Positions 1-11,200 of a DNA stretch of 64,000 bases are shown one piece after another. Each line of letters starts with the position of its first letter. Position 1 is the first letter of the stretch. A model generated the notes under the pieces. The model worked only from the letters and a program-made list of their open reading frames with translations, searched no databases and was not told where the DNA came from. The position numbers and the translations under genes are program-made. Where the stretch lies: NCBI GenBank assembly GCA_951804945.1, contig OX638153.1, positions 35,836,001 through 35,900,000 of the forward strand, in the 5' to 3' direction. The DNA is from Podarcis cretensis (Eukaryota).

Positions 1-1612
1 CACGCTCATAAAAGAATCCCATGGACTTGGGAAGCTGCCTTCTACAGCAAGAGCCACTAGCCGTTGTTTGTTGCAGCAATGTGGGGCACACACGTGACAT
101 CACACATGCACCATGAACCGTGTGCTTGTGACGTCACATCACACAGCCTTGTCAGGGGAGGAGTGCCTTTGGGAGGAGGCCTTGCAGCCATTGAAGCTGT
201 GTGGCGCTGGGTGACTCCTCCTGTCTCATGCTCAAGAGCAGCCTGCCTTTGATGCTGTGCCGCACTAAGCTCAGTGGTTCATCTTTCTCCACCCACTCAA
301 TATTGTGGGGGCCGGCGACACCTCTGCCCCCTAGAGTTGACACATCTGTTGTGTATTTTGTGTTCTCATTTTGTATTTTTATGTTGTGAACTGCCCTGGG
401 ACCTTCGGCTGAAGGGCAGTATGCAAGTTGTCTGTCTGTCTATCCATCTATTGTCGCCAGCTATGATGACTGCTTTTTAGAAGTTTGTCTGTAGCAGCTT
501 AGACCCGTGGATTCCCTGCTTTCTCCTTGATGTAGCTGAGAAGAGATGCAAGTGCAACATGCTAGACATGTGACTAGTCGGAGCATACCTAAAACTATTA
601 AAAAGCATTACTGAGGAGGCAGTAAGGGAGGCGAGAGAAGCTTATGCTCTTAATAAGTTTGATTTTGTTTTTTAATGAACCATTTCTGGGAGGTAAAATG
701 AATCGATCCTCTGTTAGCGGATTTAAAAGCTAGTTGTGGGGATGAGGACAATTGTGGACAAATTGACCTGGTTGCTGAAGAAATACATGACTTCAGTTTA
801 CATGTAAAATCCATGACTTATCCCTCTGCCTAAGTTTACTTCTAGTAAAGAGGAGGATGCATGGGCTCTTGATGGTGCCTGGATGCAGGACTTCTCATGC
901 ATGGAGAGGCACACCCACTACCCCTTTGCACACCGGCCTCCAAGTGCAAATAAAAGGGCAAGGGTGATTCACTTTTTCCGTACTCTCTGGTGATGTCTAG
1001 AAACAAGTTATAAACACATAACAAAGGACAGATGATGGCACCACCACCTACTCATCACCACACTTGCTTTTTCGTGTCATGCTTTGATGGCACTTAGCAC
1101 ATTAATAAATCATAGCCATCTGTAAAACTGTTCTTGGGAAAGGAGGCTGCAGTTTTGTTCTAAGTTCAGTTTTGTTCTAAGGTTTCTCTCTTGGGTTGGC
1201 AGGGCTGCAACTTCCTTTCTTCTTCCTGTTGCAGCACGCAACTCACCTGAGAAATATGCCTTTTTTGTGTTGGTTTTAAAAGTACTGTTCCTTCTCCAGC
1301 CTAGGAGTAGAGACTAGCAGCAGAAGCCGCCAAGAGAAGCCTGCTTTTCAGGTGTAGCAAAAGTAGAAGTTTCCAAGGGGAAAGTGCCTTGGGTTCTCCC
1401 TTTAGAATATAAGATGGGTTACATCTCAAAGCTGCAGGCCTGACTACAATTAGCAAGTCCATTCTCTAGGCTGGTGGTTTTGCCAGCCCTTTCTTAAGGA
1501 AGCCCTGAAACTCATTGTGATACCCTACAAAACCGCAGCCCTCTCTCCCTGTCCTGGTCCCACCCCACAAGGTAAAAATGGATAACAAGTAATCTGATTA
1601 ACAACTGGATCA

Positions 1613-1795
1613 AAGGAACATCGGAAGTGGCCTATACTGAGATAGGCCACTGGTTTGCCAACATCAGTATTGTCTACAAGGACTGGCAGCGGTTCTCCAG
1701 GGCTGCAAGTCAACGGTCTCTCCCAGCCCGATGTGGAGATGCCAGAGACTGAACATGCAAAGCGGATGCTCAGCCACTGAGCCACGTGGCAGTTC
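1613..1795 (-). mobile_element. Second-family tRNA-derived SINE (tail ..AGTATAAGGCAGCTTCCTATGTTCC)
   Basis: Aligns by eye with the copies at 11003, 13485, 30664 and 60481; GCTCAGTGG A box. Confidence 0.75.
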
Positions 1796-2843
1796 CCCAG
1801 AGCAATTTGCATAATGCAAAGACAACATCAATAATTATATCTTGGGTATGCTTCCAATATCATAAACCAAACGTAAACTCAAGGCATGGTGGGCACTAAC
1901 ATTTTGGCCACTCCTGGGGGATGCTAGTGGAGCCCAGAAGCATAGCTGGAAAACATTGCTCTAGGCATAGAGAATACCTTGCTGGAAAAGTTGCCACATA
2001 TACCAGTGTGGCTGGCAAGTCTTTGTGACTCCCCCTTTCAAATCCCCATTACCAGGCCATTACAGTATATAAACCATTAGACTAATGTATGCTGCCGTCA
2101 TTGCCGTTCATGGAAAGTGAGAAAGGGCTCTTTATTGTATAGTTTTACTCAAGAAGGCTGCTGGATTGCTGGCATTTAAATTTGAGGAGAGAGAGAGAGA
2201 GATTGGGATAGGGAACAATGAAGCTTTTTACAGAGTCAAGATTTATATGAATACAAGTAGACATTTAAGAAGTGCTCCAGATACGGGGTCTGGCTCGCTA
2301 CCTCCTCCAACTGCATTTCTAGGCTGTTATCACACACATGTCACTTAAGAGCCTTGCGGACAATAGAAATTAACCCAAAAATAAACCTCCAATGTGGCAG
2401 AGTTAAGGTTGCTCTCTGCATTATCTTTCAGAACTGAGATGGTTGATAAACAAAATAAACCCAAGTTAAGTAAGGGGGAATGATTTGCATGCTCATCCTT
2501 GCCACGGGTTGGAGACATTCTTGTAAGTTTAATGCATGCTGTTTGGCCTCCGAGCACAGTGTCACTTGGGGTCTGCAACAGAGGCATAACAATTTAAGAT
2601 GTGTTGAGATGGCAGCTTCTTGAGTTTGCTGCTTGGCGGTGCCAAATCAATAATTAGGCTAGGTATGCTGTGGTGTGGTGCAGTAATGGTTCAGTCCCTA
2701 ATAAGGTAGAACTTCCTATGAGTGTAGCTACATAGCAGTTTCCCATGTTCTCAGTTCATGGGAGAATTTGTATAAAGCTACTCATACCCTGAAAAAGGAG
2801 GCACATTTCACAAACAGTCCACAAAGTTGTTGTCATCTGTACC

Positions 2844-3359
2844 TGTTGGGTCTCAGGGACTGGACTAAAAGATTGAGGAATGGTGGAAGTTGCCCCCCCC
2901 TTCTCCTGGAGCTTCCAGAGGAGATGAAGACAGCCTTGAACTACAGCAGTGGTTTGAGGAAGGTCACAGCTCAGAGACAGGTGAACAGAAGAGTTGGGAG
3001 GTGTTGGAAGAAGGGAGGGGGGAAGACAGAGACAGGGGAGACAGAGACAGAGCAGCCAGCTTACACGTTATCACTGGAGAGTATTTCTGATCCCCCTTCT
3101 CCCAGAACTCGGCGTTCATTGGGGGTGCAAGAGCAAAGGTCTCAGAGATAATTAGCCTCTGACAGACACCATAAACGGAAGTGTTGTTGGTAGGAAGGGA
3201 GGCTGGAGGAACTCCGTTGGAGCAACAACATCAAGGGAGGCAGCCTGTGCTCTTTGTCTCCTGCTGTGATGATTGAATAAACTCATTAGTAAGAACTCTT
3301 TGTTTTTATCTGCTTCTTGCGGCCACCAGGGGAGGGAGAGAATTCCCCAGAGTCTGACA
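2844..3359 (+). mobile_element. Older solo LTR (Gypsy-like), about 516 bp
   Basis: TGTTGG...CTGACA termini, AATAAA at 3276-3281, and a purine-rich U3 with a decayed acidic/basic frame. No TSD recognised. Confidence 0.65.
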
Positions 3360-3495
3360 CATGTTTTAGGGGGTAAAGCAACAAGACAACCATCAAGGTA
3401 TTAGGGGCATCGGCACTGTTTGCAATGCAGTTAGTTAGTGCAATCCTAGCTTTTGATAGCTAATGCTGAGCCAATGTATCTATTTCACTTGATAA

Positions 3496-4070
3496 CAGCA
3501 GTGTAGCGTGGGTTGTCAGCACCCGGGGCAAGGCAAGTAATTTGCGCCCCCTAACCCGGGGCAAGGCAAGTAATTTGCGCCCTTAACCCCTAACCTGCCG
3601 CCGCTGCCAGCTTCTTCTTGCTGCTGTCTGGGCTGGGGTATTTACGGTAAGGTAGCCACGGCGGTGGCGGCGGGTCCGTGTCAGGTGATCTGAGGTGAGT
3701 TGCCGCTGGCGCTGTCGCCCAAACGATGCTGCTTGCCCGGAGGAGGAGGAGGGCAGAGAGGTGAGGAAAATGCAACATGGCCCAGCAGCTGCAGTAGCAG
3801 CGGCGGCGGCGGCGGCAGGGCTGTGAGGAGGGGCTGCCTGGCGCACCCTCCGCGGCCCTGACGTGCGGGGACCACGTCGAGCGCTGAGAGCCGCTGCCTG
3901 CCGGACGCCTTCAGCCCTGACGCGTGCACAGTTCGTCGGTTCCGTGAGACATGGGGCTCTGCTACAGCCTGCGCCCGAGGCTCTTCGGCGACTCCGGAGG
4001 CGGCGAGCGCCCCCCCAGATGTTGCGCCTGGTGCGGCCGGCCCCCCCTGCACCCCCACGCTACGCCGCTG
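3496..4070. mobile_element. Non-autonomous hAT element carrying GC-rich cargo
   Basis: TIR CAG(C/T)(A/G)G(T/C)GTAGCGTGGG...CCCACGCTACGCCGCTG; perfect 8-bp TSD CTTGATAA (3488-3495, 4071-4078). Confidence 0.9.
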
Positions 4071-4391
4071 CTTGATAAATATTAGAAAATATGCTTTATT
4101 TTCCTACTCATCACTAAATACGTTTATCCTCTTACCAGCCCACTGTTACCACATACTCCTAATGAAGCCCTTTATCCTGGAACCTGTCATTTAAATGGCA
4201 GGTGCGTTTTGTTTCGGTACTCTTCGACTTCCTAGAATGCACAGAGCAAGTTCTCTCTGTCCCTTCTTCTTTATTCTGCAGGTCTATTCTTGTTCCGCCC
4301 ACTTTCCTCCCCATCGCATCTCTCCCACTCTCTTCACAGGTTGGGAGCTGGCACTCCAATGGCAGCCACAGTTTAAATCTGTGGTGCTAGA

Positions 4392-4423
4392 TCTTCCACC
4401 TAGCGGCATCTGACAAACTGCAG
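4392..4423 (-). promoter_or_regulatory. Candidate CTCF site with upstream module
   Basis: Minus strand CTGCAGTTTGTCAGATGCCGCTAGGTGGAAGA: core GCCGCTAGGTGG plus TGCAGT at the canonical upstream spacing. Confidence 0.5.
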
Positions 4424-4781
4424 AGATGCCTGCGACACGGGAGCAATTATCACACAAAAATACCCATCTCTGCAGCGTCCACCCCTCTAGGCAAGTCTAG
4501 GCAAGACTGTTAATCAGCAAAGTTTTGGTAAATGTTAATTTGGCATTTTTATCCTAATTGCAATGTTGTACCGATAAATAATGCAACATCTGAAGCCTCT
4601 GTGGCACTTGAGGAGCGCCCATCAACCCAACACCGCTTTTCACTCGGTTTTATTACAGCAGCTTGAGTCACCATCTGTCATCATGGCTGTTGGAAGTGTA
4701 TATGTTGCTGTACTAACACAACCTGCTTATATACACAAATCGAGACCTGTGAAAATCTTTCCACCATTTGTGTGTTTTGTC

Positions 4782-4785
<4 letters not shown>

Positions 4786-4827
<42 letters not shown>
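4786..4827 (+). repeat. (CT)n microsatellite
   Basis: Directly visible. Confidence 0.95.
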
Positions 4828-4830
<3 letters not shown>

Positions 4831-5292
4831 GTTTACATTTTACCCACCCTCTTGTCTTTTCTTTCTTTTGCAGTATTAATTACAAAGAACACTCTTTTGA
4901 TTTTCAAAATCGCTTCTCTGCTTTTCAGCAAAGGCTCCTTTTCTTTGAAAATAAAGACAACATCCTTCTGGTTTTTTAAAAATTGCTTTTCAATTTTTTA
5001 AAATAAAAAAGTAAATACATACATCATGGTAAGCATGTTCCTATAAGAATCTACTTCTTCATATGTGATTCACTTCTAAAAACATCCTTTCTGACTGTAA
5101 GAAGTATCAACAATTGCTAATCAGTTTGATTTCTTTTCCATTTTTAAAGCTTTTCTCTGGTTTCTACCTTTGGGCAGAGCAGGGCAGCTGGAGGAGAGGG
5201 AAGTTGAAGGACAGAGCTGTGTGCATGCCAGGCAACCTGTTATGTGCCCCCAAAGCTCACCTGTTGCCCTCAGGTGCTGTGTAGGCAGCCAC

Positions 5293-5965
5293 TGTTGAAG
5301 TCTGATTCAATATCAGCCTGGTTGGCTCCTGCATGTAGAATTGGGGGTGGGTGACATCTTATCAGCAAATGTCTTCGGCGCAGCTCTGTGAACTGTTGCT
5401 GCAGCCCTTCTGTTCAATCTGGAACCACTCATATGATGGTGAACAGCAACTCTGGAGTGCCTTTTCAGACATGGGTCTATTGCGCCAGCATGAAAGATAC
5501 CTGATACCGCTGCACATCTTCTGATTGTTGGCTTGAGCAGAGGGGCAATTGGGGAAGGAGGCGTGTTCCCGGCACCCGACTCTAGGACGATTCGCAGCAC
5601 AGAGATGGAAGGATCTGTCCGTTTCAGTTCCATGCCAAGGCCCCATGACCCGCAGTTCCCTAGTAGTTAATAAACACATGGACCTGAGTATTTAGGTTTA
5701 TGGGTTCAAATAGGCCACAACTTAATTGGTTACAGATGTGAGCAGTTTGGCTTAGGCATTGGGTCAAGCCAGGCTATATCTCGACTCCCACCAATCTGTA
5801 GGGAGTCCAACTAAGGGTAAACCACCAATGGGGGAGCCCTATGACTTGCATCAAATAGGGGCACCCCAATGGGTCCCCATTGGGGTCGTGGCAACCACAA
5901 ACTGAGTGCAGCTCAGCACTGTCTGTGCCGAATGGCAGCGACCACAAACTGAGTGTAGCTCAATA
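5293..5965 (-). mobile_element. Possible terminal-repeat remnant of an LTR or DIRS-like retroelement
   Basis: CpG-retaining block. The minus strand has TGTAACCAATTAAGTTGTGGCC, resembling AATAAAGTTGTGGCC retroelement ends. Internal 25-bp direct repeat at 5891/5937. Class uncertain. Confidence 0.3.
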
Positions 5966-6871
5966 TTATCTACACAGAGGGGCAGGACACCCCAAAAGTT
6001 GTTGAGCTTTTTTTTAGACCAACCCCAAAGTTGTTTTTACAAAAATGCCCAAATTGAAGTGATATTTTGATTGACTTGCCTAAGATCCAGAACAAAGTAC
6101 CGCCTTTCGGAAATTCCCCCTGGATGTCAATTCCGCCTTTGAAAGTCCTAGGTAAGGCTGGCCTTTGTAATCTTAGGAGATAGTTTTTCTCTCCACTAGG
6201 ATCGGAACCCATCAAATATGAACCTAGCCTTTAAACTTTTGAACAGAGGCCATCAAATCAGTTTTTTAAAAATCATAAATCACATCCAATCAGTCTGGGA
6301 GATGTTTCTTTAAACCGTTTCTTTAAAAGAGATACACAAAGAGGAGGCATGTCAGTGCTCTTTGCAGTAAGCGAGAATATCTGAGTTGAACTCGTATCAC
6401 TTGAGCCTTTAGTCTCTGTCCCAATCATTTTCATCGAAACCAAATTAAAGGCAAGAGCATTGGCAGGGGGCCAGAAGGACAGAATTTGCAAGAAAGTGAA
6501 AAGCTATTCCTGAAAGATTAGGCGACTATCAATCATTTCCTGCAACAATTTCCCCAAGACACTTAATGTTAATTCATACACGAAGCAGCAACATCAAGCA
6601 ACAGAGCCTCAAGGAAAGTCTTTGCACGATGTCATTTGCACATCTGCAATAAGCAACTGATCCCCCCCCCACTCCCTCGCTTCATAGTCATTTTCTCTTT
6701 CTTTCGTTCCAAAGGGTAATGCTGGATAATGGTCAACTGTTCACCTTTTGCAAAATGAGAGCCTGGGCTCCCATTTGTCAAATGAAAAGAATAAAACTTG
6801 TGGATGCATTTTAATGAGGTGTATAAATAGCAACTAACAATCTATTATGCCTGTAAGGCTGAAGTACATTG

Positions 6872-6873
<2 letters not shown>

Positions 6874-6903
<30 letters not shown>
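6874..6903 (+). repeat. (CA)n microsatellite
   Basis: Directly visible. Confidence 0.95.
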
Positions 6904-6907
<4 letters not shown>

Positions 6908-7632
6908 GCATGGATGAACTCTGAGTCTTCTGCTAGTAATGGCCAATTGGGAATAAGAGTTATTTCTCTATAACAGATGTGGAGATTAAAGTTCACTGGA
7001 AGAGCATTCTCACAGCGAGCTCAGCATGTATTATTCTGTAAGAAGACCAAGACTAGTCCTTCAAGAGACTGTGGAACAACTAATTTCATTATTCAGAGGA
7101 AATGAGAGGGAGGGGGAACAGGGAAAGGAGGGGATTAACTCTTTCATATTCATTTTTTTCCTTTTTTTGTTTCTCTCTGTTTCCCTCCTTTTTGAGATCT
7201 GCTGTACATGTTTCTCATTAGAGGCAAGAAAGAGTGTGGTGTTCATATGGACACAACACACATGTAGGGGTCTGCTCATCAACTTTTGTCATCAGCATAA
7301 AAATTCATTTCAAACAGATGTTCTTTCTAAAATTACCAGTTTTACTGGGCACAAAGCTTGGCTTCCCGGGGATTGAATCCTGTGGGCCGATAATAAATCA
7401 AGCCATGCCACTTGGGTTGCTGTCTGTAAACAATTACCGCCAATCCCATCCTGCTATTTCTCCCAACCTTTTGAGCAATAGAATAGACAGCAGTCACAGG
7501 GGCTGCAAGACCTTTTCTTTTTTTCTTTTTGCTAACGGGTGATGAGGGAAATGATGCAGATTTGAAGAAAGGGGGATATATAAAGATTTTAAGTAAGCTG
7601 TTTGCCCCAAAGGGCCAAACTAGAGGTGAAGG

Positions 7633-7811
7633 CAGTGGCGTAGCGTGGGTTATCAGCACCCGGGGCAAGGCAAGTAATTTGCGCCCCCTAACCCATGGAT
7701 TTGCGCCCCCTAACCCGTGGATTTGCGCCCCCTAACCCGTGGATTTCCCTAACCCCCAGATGTTGCGCCCGGTGCGCCTGGCCCCCCTGCACCCCCCACG
7801 CTACGCCACTG
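7633..7811. mobile_element. hAT MITE, same family as 3496-4070 but without cargo
   Basis: TIR CAGTGGCGTAGCGTGGG; 8-bp TSD GGTGAAGG; internal 22-bp tandem units containing CCCTAACCC. Confidence 0.92.
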
Positions 7812-8239
7812 GGTGAAGGTTTGTCATAAAGCTTTCCTTTGTGCAGCTTTCTTCAAAACTAGAAATAGTGCAATTTTCTATCCCCCCAAATTCTAACTGG
7901 AACCATGGAAAGAGTCAATGGTTAATGGTTCTGACCCAATTCTGCCCCCCGCTCCCCGGCTATTTTAAAAATCAGCTGTGTGAGGGCAAACATTTTGGTC
8001 TTCAGTTTAATTCTGTACTTGGCCAGGGAACTCTGAAGCATCAGTTTAAAAGCGGGTCTCTGTTAAAGCCAGCTCTTAAAACACCAACAACATGGTTATC
8101 TTTTCTATTCAGCTGCTTCCCATATCACATGGACAACATGAGGAATGGGCAAACCGCATAGAAGTTGGCACAGCTACCCATGCCAAATGCCATGACTTTT
8201 TGAGGAGGGGTGGCACTGGTGCAGGAAGTAAAACCACTC

Positions 8240-8960
8240 TTATTTATTAACTCAAATGTGCATATCTAATCTTTCAGTTGCAGATACCCACCCAAGGTGG
8301 CCCACAACACAATGTTTAGGAATATCCTGCAACACCTTGATATTCAACTACAAAAAGCAGAAGAAACCATTTATTTATTTAAAATATTCATCAGAAAATC
8401 TCAAAGTGATCAAAAAACAGATAGCACTGTGCGTGATCAAAAGTGATAAAAAAAACAGATAGCACAACTGTTCTGGAGAGCCTGGGCATTCCAGTGGGGA
8501 AATCCCTCTCCCATGTCCCTGCCAACTGAGTGTTTTTTGGATCACAATGGGATCTGGAGGCCTCCTTGGATGGCCTGCATGGATAGCCCTTTAAGTAACC
8601 TGGCCCCAAGCCATTTAAAATAATAGCCAGTATTTTGAACTGAACCTGAACATGGACTGGAAGCCAGTATACTTTGACCAACAACAGATTACATGCTCTA
8701 ACTCCCCATGCTCAGCTCTGGTCAACTGAAAGTTTTCAAACACTTTTCAAAGCCAGTTCCAGAATAATAATAATAAAATGGCATGCATCCAATTATGATT
8801 TGACTAAGGCATGTGTTGTTGCCATGACCAAGGCTGTGTTCCATATGGCTTCAGAGTATGGGTCACAGCAATATGGAAATGTCAACCAAACTACACAAGT
8901 GCCTCTTATTTTGAGAATCTAACAATATCTTTGGAGATGGACCATAGGGTGATAATACTC
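8240..8960 (-). mobile_element. Degraded L2 LINE fragment
   Basis: YWLPVHVQVQFKILAIILNGLGPGYLK resembles the L2 ORF2 C-terminus. Boundaries approximate. Confidence 0.7.
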
Positions 8961-10329
8961 GAATACTCAAGCCTAGGATTCAGTTACATTTGCTGGCTTC
9001 CAAATGAGCACATAGCAGTACGAACAGCAGTTTTACCTATCCTTTTCAATGTCATGGAAAGCTCCATATGTGACTTGAGTTCTGAATCATGGCCTTTCTG
9101 TTCTAAAGGGACATCAACTAGCATCTCTTTAATATTTCTGGTTTACACTTGCATTTGGTTTTCTGGCACTTGATGACCAGCAGCTGAAGGTGTGTCTGAA
9201 CTGACTTAGTTGGAAAGTGATAGAAACATTTTCTGGGTATAGTATTTTGACTTACCTGAACATGCATGACATCACTTGGTACATCTGTTCTCAAGTGTTG
9301 AACATACATGCATGAATCAGCCCTAGGACTTAAAGGAGAACTCAGCCCTGTTGACCAACATCATTGCCAGTCAAACTCAGGGTTCAAGAGATTTTTCTGC
9401 TTGCTAGCTTTCTAAATTGATTTTTGTTTTGAAATTAAAAGCTAAAAAATAAAATAAAAAATAAATCACTGGTTTAATCCAAAATGAAGGGAATAATGGA
9501 TGAACTGATGGTACTGCTCTGTGTCAGAAAACCACCTTGCTATCAATAGTGCCACATAGCATCAGCAAGTGACTAAGGTATTGACATTACTAGTGACAGT
9601 TCATTGTCTGAATGCAGGTCCAACTAGTTTTTTCTGGTGGAAGCACAGCCTGAAAGGAAGTCACCCTTATCCTTTACAGTAAAAAAGTCCCAGGGGTGCC
9701 CAATACACACATACATCATCTACAGATGTTCAAAGAAACTTTTGCCCCTGTCCTTCCCCCTCTCTTGCTCTCTATGTCTTTGCACATGAGAAAAGTGTAG
9801 GAATTATCTGGATGCAAAATGCATACATTGCAGTTAGATGTACTATTAATCTCTTGCTGGTGGATGGAGGGGAGGAGTCCTCATCTCCTCCTTTCATCAG
9901 TGGAGTCTACTAGATTTGCTTTGATTTGCTGTATGGAGCACATTTTCTCAAATGCATGAAATAATTAGAGGGGAAAGGTGTTGCTATGGCAGCTGTATGC
10001 TTTTCTGCTGGGAGAGAACCCATGAGAAATTCTAACTGAGTCAGCAGCAAGAATTCTTCCCTCCTGGGGCTTCTGAAGCTGCAGACGGCCTCCTACTTCC
10101 TGTTTTCTGCTTGTTGAGAACGTGCCACTTGTGGCTGTTTCTGAAATGTCCCAGCGTTTCCCAGCCTTCCAGGTTACTGACTTCCAATTACATTCCTTTT
10201 ATTTCCCTTTTGCCGCTGCTGCAATTGTAATCGCCGTTGCTGAAACTGTGGTGAGGGGTCCCAACTTTGGCAACAAAAGGCGTTTCAAAATGACATGCGA
10301 AACTGTGTGCAGCTCAGCAATAGGAATAG

Positions 10330-10680
10330 TAAAGGTAAAGGGACCCCTGACCATTAGGTCCAGTCATGACCGACTCTGGGGTTGTGGCGCTCATCTCGCT
10401 TTATTGGCCGAGGGAGCCGGCATACAGCTTCCGGGTCATGTGGTCAGCATGACTAAGCCGCTTCTGGCGAACCAGAGCAGTGCACGGAACGCTGTTTACC
10501 TTCCCATCGGAGTGGTACCTATTGATCTACTTGCACTTTGACGTGCTTTCAAACTGCTAGGTTGGCAGAAGCAGGGACAGAACAACAGGAGCTCACCCCG
10601 TCGCAGGGATTCGAACTGCCAACCTTCTGATCGGCAAATCCTAGGCTCTGTGATTTAACCCACAGTGCCACCCGTGTCTC
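10330..10680 (-). mobile_element. Sauria (Squam1-type) SINE, full length
   Basis: tRNA-like head with A/B boxes and an ACCTTT tail; TSD CAATAGGAATAG at 10318-10329 and 10683-10694. Confidence 0.93.
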
Positions 10681-11001
10681 TTCAATAGGAATAGAAATGG
10701 GAGTAAATTCCAAAATGGTAACTTTGTTATTCTGTCATATTAGAAAGAACAATGAGGCCTGATCTCTACTACACATTCAAAGCAATATCATACCATGTTA
10801 AGCAGTCATAGTGGGATTGCTAAACCGCCTTGGGCATTTTAGCTCTGTGAGGGAAACAGGGGTCTCTAACTATTGCTAACTATCATGTCTGTAGCAGTAT
10901 TAACCATGGTTAGCACACACAAACAATGGTCACCACTTAACTCAGGATGTGAAACTTTGGCTTGTTTCAGATCCTGCTTTGAGAAGGATCCTAATCTATC
11001 T

Positions 11002-11200
11002 TAGGAACATAGCTTATGCTGAGTCAGACCCTTGGTTTATGCCCCCCCCCCATTTTTATTTGCACTGAGTGGTAGGGGCTCTCTGGGTTTTCAGGTAGGG
11101 GTCTCTCCTAACCCCGTTCTATTCACCTTAACTCTAGAGATGTGAGGGACTGAACTTTGGACTTTTGCAAATGCAAAGCATGTTAAAGATACAGCCCTCT
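11002..11200 (-). mobile_element. Second-family tRNA-derived SINE (degraded)
   Basis: aggaacatagcttatgctgagtcagacc tail and gggactgaac B-box region. Confidence 0.7.

Noticed and set aside
3583-4075. Several Ala/Pro/Arg-rich ORFs, one resembling a signal peptide
   Set aside because: They lie inside the hAT cargo; GC-richness explains open frames on both strands, and I recognise no protein.
10122-10541. Recurrent ORFs such as KVKGPLTIRSS..GAHLALLAEGAG at several loci
   Set aside because: Translations of Sauria SINE copies, not a gene family.
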